Sequence record: SRR2962707_1079
Reading direction: 5' to 3' (one strand)
DNA: 55,632 nucleotides
The first letter of the stretch is position 1, and every line of letters begins with the position of its first letter. The position numbers and the translations under genes are program-made. Shown piece after piece: positions 20,471 to 28,945 of the stretch. The notes below the pieces were generated by a model. That model was given only the letters and a program-made list of their open reading frames with translations, was not told where the DNA came from and did not search any database.

Positions 20471-21430
20471 ATGAACAAATCTGTTTTTAACGGCGTAATG
20501 CCTGCACTCATGACACCATGTAAAGCCGATCGCACACCAGACTTCGACAACTTGGTGAAGAAGGGCAAAGAGATGATCGCGGCAGGGATGTCTGCCGTGG
20601 TGTATTGCGGCTCTATGGGTGATTGGCCCTTGCTAACAGACGCTGAGCGCATGGAAGGCGTTGAACGCTTGGTGAATGCAGGCATTCCGGTTGTTGTTGG
20701 GACGGGGGCCATTAATACAAAATCTGCTGTGGCGTTGGCCGCTCATGCCGAAAAAGTAGGCGCCGCCGGGTTAATGGTCATTCCTCGTGTGCTGTCTCGC
20801 GGTTCCGTCATCAGCGCACAAAAACATCATTTTAAAGCCATTCTGAGCGCCGCACCTTCTATTCCGGCGATCATTTACAACAGCCCTGTGTATGGCTTTG
20901 AAACTCGCGCTGACCTATTTTTTGAGCTGCGCTCTGAACACACGAATCTGATCGGCTTTAAAGAGTTTGGCAGCAAAGAAGCCATGCGTTATGCAGCCGA
21001 AAATATCACCTCTAAAGACGATGACGTTTTATTAATGGTGGGAGTCGATACCGCTGTTTATCATGGTTTTGTGAAATGCGGTGCGGTTGGTGCCATTACC
21101 GGAATAGGAACCGCTTTGCCCAAAGAAGTGCTGTTGCTGGCTGAGTTGTCCAAACGCGCCGCTGCTGGCAACGCAGAAGCTCGAATACGCGCTCAAGAAT
21201 TAGAAGAAGGCATGTCTGTATTAGCCAGTTTTGATGAAGGCCCTGAATTGGTGTTGTTCTTCAAATACCTCTTGGTATTAAATGGAGAACAAGAGTATCA
21301 CTTACATTTTAACGAAACAGATGAACTAAACGCCGCCCAACGGACTTATTGTGAACAGCAGTATGCTTTGTTTAAAGCCTGGTTTGCGGATTGGTTTAAA
21401 CAAGGTGGAGTCATTACAGAATGTTGGTAA
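20471..21430 (+). CDS. DHDPS-family protein, probable delta1-pyrroline-4-hydroxy-2-carboxylate deaminase
   Basis: GVMPALMTP, YCGSMGDW, IIYNSP, Schiff-base Lys in GFKEF; first gene of the epimerase operon. Confidence 0.85.
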   Translation: MNKSVFNGVMPALMTPCKADRTPDFDNLVKKGKEMIAAGMSAVVYCGSMGDWPLLTDAERMEGVERLVNAGIPVVVGTGAINTKSAVALAAHAEKVGAAGLMVIPRVLSRGSVISAQKHHFKAILSAAPSIPAIIYNSPVYGFETRADLFFELRSEHTNLIGFKEFGSKEAMRYAAENITSKDDDVLLMVGVDTAVYHGFVKCGAVGAITGIGTALPKEVLLLAELSKRAAAGNAEARIRAQELEEGMSVLASFDEGPELVLFFKYLLVLNGEQEYHLHFNETDELNAAQRTYCEQQYALFKAWFADWFKQGGVITECW

Positions 21431-22374
21431 TCGATAGTCATACAGAAGGTGAACCTACCCGAGTCATTTTAGAAGGCGGCCCAGACCTTGGTTCTGGCCC
21501 CTTGTCTGAACGTGCTGCACGACTGGCAAACGACTTCACCGACTTCTACCGCTCCGTGGTCACCGAGCCTTATGGTCAAGAGGCGATGGTCGGTGCTCTG
21601 TTAGTTGAACCGACTGACCCAGATTGCGTAGCGGGCGTCATTTTCTTTGATGCTGCTGCGGTCATTGGCATGTGTGGACACGGCACCATTGGCGTAGCCG
21701 CGACCCTAGCGCACATGGGTAAAATCGGTATCGGCTCCCACAAAATTGAAACCCCCGTTGGTATTGTTAACGTGACGTTAAGTGATAAAAACACCGTCAC
21801 GGTAAAGAATATCGACAGCTATCGTGCCCAGAAAGCAGTAACAGTTGATGTAACTAACCTTGGAAAGGTAACAGGTGATATTGCCTACGGTGGCAACTGG
21901 TTTTTTATCATCAATGACAGCCCAATCCCTGTTATTCCCAGTAATATCAGGGAGTTAACAGAAGCAGGCATTCGTGTCCGAGACGCCATTTATGGGGCTG
22001 GAATAGAAGGTGCGCATGCTGGAGTGATCGATCACATTATTTTCTACGGTCCGGCGCAAACAGCGACACACCACTCTCGCAATTTCGTCCTATGCCCCGA
22101 CAATGCCTACGACCGCTCACCTTGCGGTACTGGCAGTTCGGCGCGTTTGGCCTGTTTGGCGGCGGATGGTTTGCTGCAAGCGGGTGAGGAGATTTATCAG
22201 GAGAGCATTATCGGCAGTGGTTACACCTTAAGCTATCAACACTCTCATGGTCCCAATGCGCCTGCGGGAGCCGTGATTCCTTCTATTACGGGACAGGCGT
22301 TTATCACTCGCGAAGCGACCCTCGTCAGCAACCCTAATGACCCATTGCGTCATGGGGTGAGATTCGCTGAGTAG
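21421..22374 (+). CDS. Proline racemase family protein, probable 4-hydroxyproline 2-epimerase
   Basis: IDSHTEGEPTR, catalytic Cys pair in MCGHG and DRSPCGTG, YGGNWF. Confidence 0.9.
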   Translation: MLVIDSHTEGEPTRVILEGGPDLGSGPLSERAARLANDFTDFYRSVVTEPYGQEAMVGALLVEPTDPDCVAGVIFFDAAAVIGMCGHGTIGVAATLAHMGKIGIGSHKIETPVGIVNVTLSDKNTVTVKNIDSYRAQKAVTVDVTNLGKVTGDIAYGGNWFFIINDSPIPVIPSNIRELTEAGIRVRDAIYGAGIEGAHAGVIDHIIFYGPAQTATHHSRNFVLCPDNAYDRSPCGTGSSARLACLAADGLLQAGEEIYQESIIGSGYTLSYQHSHGPNAPAGAVIPSITGQAFITREATLVSNPNDPLRHGVRFAE

Positions 22375-22391
22375 CTCATCATTATTAAGGA

Positions 22392-23660
22392 GTGCTCTTG
22401 AGCCATTCACATGTTCAAGATGTTATCGTGATCGGTGCCGGTATTATCGGCATCAGTATTGCGTTAAAACTGCAATCAGAAGGTCGGCAAGTGCTGGTAC
22501 TTGATCGTAGCGGCGTGGCAGCGGAAACCTCCGCAGGAAATGCTGGCGCCTTTGCCTTTGCTGATGTCATTCCTTTGGCAACGCCTGGTATTATGCGCAA
22601 GGCACCAAAATGGCTACTGGACCCATTGGGGCCTCTGTCTCTGCGTCCTGCTTATGCACTGAAAATCCTACCATGGATGTGGCGTTTTTGGCGCGCCAGT
22701 TCCGCAACGAAATACCACTCAGCATTGACCGCTCAAGCCAGCTTAATGACATTGTCAAAAGCCGCTCTTGAGCGTCAGATACAAGCGACTCATGGCAACG
22801 CGCTGATTCGCCATGAAGGCCAACTGCAACTGTATGAAGGTGAAGCCGAGTTCAACGCCAGTCTTGCAAGCTGGCAAACCCGCAAAGAACATGGGGTCGC
22901 CTTCGAGCTTTTAGACAGCCCTGAAGCCATCGCAAAAATCCAACCCGGCATTCACCCTAGATTTACTCACGCAGGCTTCACGCCTGAATGGAAGAATGTG
23001 GTGGACCCAGCCTTATGGACTCAACACCTTGCGACAGCGTTCAATAAAAAGGGCGGTAAAATAGCCGTTTCCACAGTGCGCGCTATAGAGATCAAAGAGG
23101 ATCATGTGCTGCTAAAGGGCGACACGGCCGACTATCAATGTCATCAGCTTGTGGTCGCAACCGGTGCTTGGTCAAAAACATTAGCGCAATCAATAGGGGA
23201 CAATTTACCGCTTGATACAGAACGAGGGTACAACACAACCTTTTCAAGCAGTGAATTTGACCTAAAAACCCATCTTACCTTTAGTAATCATGGCTTTGTG
23301 GTCACAAAAATAGGTAAGGGAATTCGCGTTGGAGGTGCTGTAGAACTCGCGGGGCTACAGTTAAAACCGAACTTTCAGCGCGCCGATGTACTACTCAAGA
23401 AAGCCGCGGCGTTCCTGCCCACATTAGACATTAGCGCAGGTAAGCAATGGATGGGGTTTCGTCCCTCGATGCCTGACAGCTTGCCAGTCATCGATTATTC
23501 AAGTAATTCTAAGCGCGTTGTGTATGCGTTTGGACACGGTCATTTAGGGCTAACTCAATCCGCAGGCACCGCCGAACTGGTGGCGACATTACTCTCAGGG
23601 GAGACACCCAGTATTGCCATGGCGCCCTATTCAGTAGAACGCTTTAAAACATGGTTTTAA
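22392..23660 (+). CDS. FAD-dependent D-amino acid dehydrogenase, probable D-hydroxyproline dehydrogenase
   Basis: GAGIIG, TSAGNAG, ERGY, WMGFRPSMPDSLPVI, FGHGHLGLT; operon context. Start is 22392 or 22398. Confidence 0.87.
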   Translation: MLLSHSHVQDVIVIGAGIIGISIALKLQSEGRQVLVLDRSGVAAETSAGNAGAFAFADVIPLATPGIMRKAPKWLLDPLGPLSLRPAYALKILPWMWRFWRASSATKYHSALTAQASLMTLSKAALERQIQATHGNALIRHEGQLQLYEGEAEFNASLASWQTRKEHGVAFELLDSPEAIAKIQPGIHPRFTHAGFTPEWKNVVDPALWTQHLATAFNKKGGKIAVSTVRAIEIKEDHVLLKGDTADYQCHQLVVATGAWSKTLAQSIGDNLPLDTERGYNTTFSSSEFDLKTHLTFSNHGFVVTKIGKGIRVGGAVELAGLQLKPNFQRADVLLKKAAAFLPTLDISAGKQWMGFRPSMPDSLPVIDYSSNSKRVVYAFGHGHLGLTQSAGTAELVATLLSGETPSIAMAPYSVERFKTWF

Positions 23661-23712
23661 GCTTCTCTATAATGTCGATTCAACGGGACAATCCACAATA
23701 GAAGGAAAAAAC

Positions 23713-24729
23713 ATGAGTGACAATATCATCCTGAGTTTGGCGCAAGCGCGCGAGCTCAGCGAAAGTATTCTAATGGACAACGGATTCAGCGAAGATCACG
23801 CCAAGTCCATCACGGATGTGATTCTGGCCTGTCAGCAAGACGACTGCCATTCTCATGGTTTGTTCCGCCTTCTCATGTGCACGCAAAGTATGAAATTTGG
23901 TCGTATTAACGGCTCAGCCAAGCCCACTATTGTGGATGCGGCGCCTTCTGTTGTGAAAGCCGACGCCAACGGAGGCATCTCATTATTGGCAATGGATGCC
24001 GCCTTACCTTTATTAATTGAGAAGACCAAAAAGAATGGCATTGCCGCGTTGGCCATTAACCGCTGTTTCCATTTTTCTGCGTTGTGGCCAGAGGTTGAGA
24101 AGCTCTCTGCCGCGGGTTTGGCAGGCTTAGCCATGGTGCCGAGCCACGCTTGGGTTGCGCCAGCGGGCGGTTCACGAGGCACGCTTGGTACCAACCCTTT
24201 GGCCTTTAGCTGGCCACGCCAAGGGCAACATCCGTTCACGTTTGACTTTGCCACTAGTCAATTCGCTCGGGGTGAAATAGAGCTTTATCGCCGCGCCGGC
24301 AAACCACTCCCAGAGGGCGTAGCCATTGATAAAGAAGGTCAGCCAACGACCGATGCCGAAGCCGCTATGGGGGGCGCTATGCTGACATTTGGAGATTATA
24401 AAGGCTCTGCACTGTCGATTATGATCGAGTTGCTCGCCGGCCCTTTAATTGATGATTTAACCAGTAAAGAGAGTATGGAAGCCGCCAACGGACAGCCTGA
24501 AGCGCCTTACCATGGGGAAATTATTATTGCCTTTGATCCTAACCTATTGAGCGGTGGCAAGGCGGCCGCTAACAACGATAGAGCAGAGCGCTTATTTGCG
24601 GATATTATTGATCAAGGTGCTCGCTTGCCTTCCCAGCGTCGTTATCAAGCTCGTGAGCGTAACCTTGCTCGTGACGCCGTAGAAATCCCTCAAACTCTGT
24701 ACAACGACCTATTGGCGTTACGTAAATAA
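23713..24729 (+). CDS. Ldh_2-family oxidoreductase, probable delta1-pyrroline/piperideine-2-carboxylate reductase (DpkA-like)
   Basis: SHGLFR, HFSALW, GTNPLAF, FDFATS, YKGSAL, ARLPSQRR. Confidence 0.87.
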   Translation: MSDNIILSLAQARELSESILMDNGFSEDHAKSITDVILACQQDDCHSHGLFRLLMCTQSMKFGRINGSAKPTIVDAAPSVVKADANGGISLLAMDAALPLLIEKTKKNGIAALAINRCFHFSALWPEVEKLSAAGLAGLAMVPSHAWVAPAGGSRGTLGTNPLAFSWPRQGQHPFTFDFATSQFARGEIELYRRAGKPLPEGVAIDKEGQPTTDAEAAMGGAMLTFGDYKGSALSIMIELLAGPLIDDLTSKESMEAANGQPEAPYHGEIIIAFDPNLLSGGKAAANNDRAERLFADIIDQGARLPSQRRYQARERNLARDAVEIPQTLYNDLLALRK

Positions 24730-24748
24730 TCTCTTATAAAACAGAAGA

Positions 24749-25417
24749 CTAAGCGCGGGTTTCGGCGATTAACTCCAATACCTGGCGCTTAGTATCTTCT
24801 ATATGAGAACGCAGTTTTTCCGCAGCAGAGTCGATGTCTCTCTGGCGCGCAAACGTCAATAACGCTCGGTGATCTTGTTGGGCACTGTCTGATTTTTTCA
24901 ACTGATCGATGTGCATACTGACGTAGCGATTCGCCTGCAAGCTCACCCGTGCTAATAAATTGGTGGTTAATTCTCGGCCTGCCGCTTCATACAATGCTGC
25001 GTGGTATCGAGCATTGAGCGGGCCCCAGTCTGCCACATGACCGTCTCGATACGAGGTTTCCATTTCTTCTAGGATGGCTTCGCATTCGGCAAAATGTACG
25101 TCTTGCATTAGCGGGATAGCGCGCTTAAAAAGGTCCACTTCGAGTAGCGTTCGAACATCAAAGATCTCACGAATTTCATCCAATGTATGTGTCGTTACTG
25201 TGGCGCCACGGTTGTTAATAAACACCACTAGACCTTCTGCGTCCAAGCGGCGCAGCGCCTCACGAACAGGCATTCGCGATACATCGTATTCTTCAGCAAG
25301 CACTTCTTGGCGAATCAGTTCTCCCTCAGCAAGGTCACCTGATAAAATACGCTGTCGAAGATCTGCAACAATAACATCCGGTAAGCTTTGACGGACAACC
25401 GCTCGATTCTGAGCCAA
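24749..25417 (-). CDS. GntR-family regulator (probable regulator of the hydroxyproline operon)
   Basis: RQEVLAEEYDVSRMPVREAL wHTH plus FCD domain; TTG start at 25417 with GAGGAAAG RBS. Confidence 0.88.
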   Translation of the reverse strand: MAQNRAVVRQSLPDVIVADLRQRILSGDLAEGELIRQEVLAEEYDVSRMPVREALRRLDAEGLVVFINNRGATVTTHTLDEIREIFDVRTLLEVDLFKRAIPLMQDVHFAECEAILEEMETSYRDGHVADWGPLNARYHAALYEAAGRELTTNLLARVSLQANRYVSMHIDQLKKSDSAQQDHRALLTFARQRDIDSAAEKLRSHIEDTKRQVLELIAETRA

Positions 25418-25648
25418 TATTCTTTCCTCTTTAAAATCTCTGTGCAGCACGTTAAACACACACAATCGCCTCTATTATACGCAAAAGTTCGTGCAAAGAA
25501 GGGCTAAAGTTTTTCTGGCCTTAGCGTATTCTTCACCTTTTACGTGCCTTTATCTCATTCAGGGATAGACTGAAAGAAAAGGGCTACCTTTTAGTAAAAA
25601 GCCATCAAGAACAAAGAAGATGGCAACAGCAAATTGTGCTTTCGCGCG

Positions 25649-25680
25649 AATGTTTGAGAAACTTCAAACATTGCATTGAT
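25649..25680 (+). promoter_or_regulatory. LysR-type operator copy 1 (gabD)
   Basis: AATGTTTGA-GAAACT-TCAAACATT palindrome followed by CATTGAT; candidate -10 TACTAT at 25713. Confidence 0.75.
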
Positions 25681-25788
25681 AGCTTTTCATTTTTCTATCC
25701 CAATGCTTTATCTACTATCGAAGAACGCGGTTATTTCTACCTTAACGGCACTTTACAACGATTCTCCCAAGTGAGTTTGGAGTTATTT

Positions 25789-27252
25789 ATGTCAGTACAG
25801 TTAACACAGCCAGCCCTCCTTAAAAGCCACTCTTATATTGGTGGTGAATGGGTATCTTCCGCATCAGGAAAAACCTTTGCGATTATCAACCCATCGAATG
25901 GCGAACACCTAATCGATGTGCAAGATTTAGGTGCGCAAGAGACAACGCAAGCGGTTGAAGCCGCTGCCATTGCTCAAAAAGAGTGGCAATCTCGTACTGC
26001 TAAAGAGCGAGCGACATTAATGCGTCGCTGGAATCAGCTGATCTTAGAAAACCAAGATGACCTTGCGGCTCTCATGACTTTAGAACAAGGTAAACCGCTT
26101 GCAGAAGCGAAAGGCGAAGTACTTTACGGTGCGTCTTTTATTGATTGGTTCGCAGACGAAGCTCGCCGTCTAAATGGCGACACCATACCAACCTTTGCAA
26201 AAGACAAACGCGTGTTAACCATCAAACAGCCAATTGGTGTTGTTGCGGCTATTACGCCTTGGAACTTTCCCATTGCCATGATCACTCGTAAAGCAGGGCC
26301 TGCGTTGGCGGCCGGTTGTGCGATTGTGATCAAACCGTCTGATGAAACGCCATTGTGCGCTCTTGCACTCGCTGAATTAGCGCATCAGGCAGGTATTCCT
26401 GCTGGCGTATTAAACGTCGTTGTTGGGCGTGATGCTAAAGCCATTGGCGGTGTGTTAACCGGTCATCCTACGGTTCGTAAATTGTCTTTCACGGGTTCCA
26501 CACCTGTGGGCAAGCTATTGCTTTCTCAATGTGCGCAAACCGTAAAACGTACCTCGATGGAGTTAGGCGGCAACGCACCTTTCATCGTCTTTGATGATGC
26601 TGATCTAGACGCGGCAGTGGAAGGCGCTATTGCTTCCAAATATCGCAATGCAGGACAGACCTGTGTTTGTGCGAACCGTTTGTTGATTCAAGAAGGTGTG
26701 TACGATGCCTTTGCGGAAAAACTTGCAAAACGTGTGGCCGAATTTAGTACCGGTGATGGCTTCTTAGACGGCGTGACCATTGGCCCACTGATTAATAATG
26801 CCGCGGTAGACAAAGTTGAGCAGCTAGTGAGCGGCGCGATCAAACAAGGCGCTAAAGCCATCATTGGCGGCACAAAATCACACGCTGGCGAGCGTTTCTT
26901 TGAACCGACTATTTTGACAGGCGTCACCGACGACATGGAGATTTTCTCCAATGAAATCTTCGGTCCAGTCGCGCCCTTGTTCAAATTTAAAACGGAAGAA
27001 GAAGCGGTTGCTATGGCTAACAATACCCCATTTGGTTTGGCATCTTATTTCTATTCCCAAAATATTGCTCGTATTTGGCGTGTTTCTGAAGCCTTAGAGT
27101 ACGGCATGGTAGGCATCAACGAAGGTATTATTTCTAGCGAAGTCGCCCCTTTCGGTGGTGTAAAAGAGTCAGGAAGTGGCCGTGAAGGCTCGTCGTATGG
27201 CATCGATGAATATGTTGAAATCAAATACTTGTGCATGGGCGGTTTAGCTTAA
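25789..27252 (+). CDS. gabD: NAD(P)-dependent succinate-semialdehyde dehydrogenase
   Basis: ITPWNFP, SFTGST, MELGGNAPF, RNAGQTCVCANR, EIFGP, APFGGVKESG; GGAG RBS before ATG 25789. Confidence 0.93.
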   Translation: MSVQLTQPALLKSHSYIGGEWVSSASGKTFAIINPSNGEHLIDVQDLGAQETTQAVEAAAIAQKEWQSRTAKERATLMRRWNQLILENQDDLAALMTLEQGKPLAEAKGEVLYGASFIDWFADEARRLNGDTIPTFAKDKRVLTIKQPIGVVAAITPWNFPIAMITRKAGPALAAGCAIVIKPSDETPLCALALAELAHQAGIPAGVLNVVVGRDAKAIGGVLTGHPTVRKLSFTGSTPVGKLLLSQCAQTVKRTSMELGGNAPFIVFDDADLDAAVEGAIASKYRNAGQTCVCANRLLIQEGVYDAFAEKLAKRVAEFSTGDGFLDGVTIGPLINNAAVDKVEQLVSGAIKQGAKAIIGGTKSHAGERFFEPTILTGVTDDMEIFSNEIFGPVAPLFKFKTEEEAVAMANNTPFGLASYFYSQNIARIWRVSEALEYGMVGINEGIISSEVAPFGGVKESGSGREGSSYGIDEYVEIKYLCMGGLA

Positions 27253-27369
27253 GTCGTAGACTTGGCACTACTGACTTAGCATAACAGGTTTACCCATTAA
27301 ATTAGCAAAAGCGGTGCTTTAGGCACCGCGTTTCCAACATTGAGCATGCTCTAAAAGGTGAAAAACAAA

Positions 27370-28653
27370 ATGAACAACGCTGACCTACAAAAACGTAAAG
27401 AAAGTGCGATCGCTCGTGGCCAAGGCAACATGGCTCCTGTTTATGTTGACCGCGCTCTAAACTCAGAAATCTGGGATGTTGAAGGCAAACGCCACATTGA
27501 TTTCGGCGCCGGTATTGCCGTCGTCAACACAGGCCATAACCACCCAAAAGTCAAAGCGGCCGTACAGGCTCAGCTTGAGCGCTTCACTCACACTTGCGTG
27601 ATGGTCAGCCCATATGAATCTGCTGTCGCTTTGGCGGAAAAGCTAAATGCGGCGGCACCAGGTAATACTCCGAAAAAGTCCATCTTTGTCACTACCGGTG
27701 CTGAAGCGGTTGAAAACTGTGTGAAAATCGCCCGCGCTTACACGGGTCGCCCAGGTGTTATTGCCTTTAACGGTGGTTTCCACGGACGTACTAATATGAC
27801 CATGGGGCTAACGGGCAAAGTCAATCCATACAAAATTGGCTTTGGTCCTTTCCCAAGTGATATTTACCATATTCCTTATCCAAACGATTACCTTGGCATT
27901 ACTGAAGAGCAAGCACTTGCTGACCTCCAAATGCGCTTCACTTGTGACATTGAGCCGTCTCGCGTTGCGGCTATCATCATTGAGCCAGTACAAGGCGAGG
28001 GTGGTTTCTACCAAGCGTCGGCCAACTTCTTGCAAACGCTTCGTAAACTGTGTGACGAGCATGGCATTCTATTGATTATGGATGAAATTCAATCAGGTTT
28101 TGCCCGTACTGGCACCATGTTCTGCCACGAACAAGCTGGCATTGAAGCGGATCTGATGACCGCAGCCAAAGGCATCGCCGGCGGTTTCCCTATTGCTGCT
28201 GTAGTCGGTAAAGCAGACATAATGGATGCGCCAATTCCAGGAGGTTTAGGCGGAACATACGGCGGTTCTCCTGTCGGTTGTGCTGCAGGTCTTGCGGTGT
28301 TTGATGTGATCGAAGAAGAACAGTTGTGTGCCCGTGCAACACAAGTCGGTGCCCACTTTGTCGAGCACCTAAAAGGCCTTCAAGCTGAATACCCACACAT
28401 TATTGGCGAAGTCCGTAATGCTGGTGCCATGATCGCGGTCGAGTTCGTACACGAGGGTGACGTCAACAAACCTTACCCAGAGCTGGCTAAGAAATTGTCT
28501 GCAAAAGCCGCTGAAAATGGCTTAGTACTTTTGTCTTGTGGTATTCGCGGCAACGTTATCCGCTTTTTACCAGCATTGACCATTGAAACTGACATTATCG
28601 ATGAAGGCATGGCCATCTTTAAACGTTGTTTCACAGAGCTTACTCAAGCCTAA
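27370..28653 (+). CDS. gabT: 4-aminobutyrate (or 5-aminovalerate) aminotransferase
   Basis: TTGAEAVEN, FHGRT, EPVQGEGGF, DEIQSGFARTG, PLP Lys in AKG, GLGGTYGG. Confidence 0.93.
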   Translation: MNNADLQKRKESAIARGQGNMAPVYVDRALNSEIWDVEGKRHIDFGAGIAVVNTGHNHPKVKAAVQAQLERFTHTCVMVSPYESAVALAEKLNAAAPGNTPKKSIFVTTGAEAVENCVKIARAYTGRPGVIAFNGGFHGRTNMTMGLTGKVNPYKIGFGPFPSDIYHIPYPNDYLGITEEQALADLQMRFTCDIEPSRVAAIIIEPVQGEGGFYQASANFLQTLRKLCDEHGILLIMDEIQSGFARTGTMFCHEQAGIEADLMTAAKGIAGGFPIAAVVGKADIMDAPIPGGLGGTYGGSPVGCAAGLAVFDVIEEEQLCARATQVGAHFVEHLKGLQAEYPHIIGEVRNAGAMIAVEFVHEGDVNKPYPELAKKLSAKAAENGLVLLSCGIRGNVIRFLPALTIETDIIDEGMAIFKRCFTELTQA

Positions 28654-28705
28654 TCACGGGTACCTTAACAACCTGTATTTCAAGCAATATGATTACCTCC
28701 CTTTC

Positions 28706-28738
28706 ACCGCAGTGCCCCATAGCACTGCGGTTTTTTTT
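28706..28738 (+). terminator. Intrinsic terminator of gabDT
   Basis: ACCGCAGTGC-CCCATA-GCACTGCGGT-TTTTTTT. Confidence 0.92.
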
Positions 28739-28945
28739 AGCTTAAAAGACCAATCACACACAAACACATCCTGCGGCTAAATGTTGTCAACGTCTTCTAT
28801 AAAACGCTTAATCTGAGCCTAAATCCCTTTTCTTCTTCACATAAAAACCGCGGCGACAGCCTTTCTAGATGCACACTTATTCAGAAGTTTAAGTCTTTTA
28901 TCTATGTTATGATTTTGCGAAAATTTACCTAAGAATGATCTTTAT

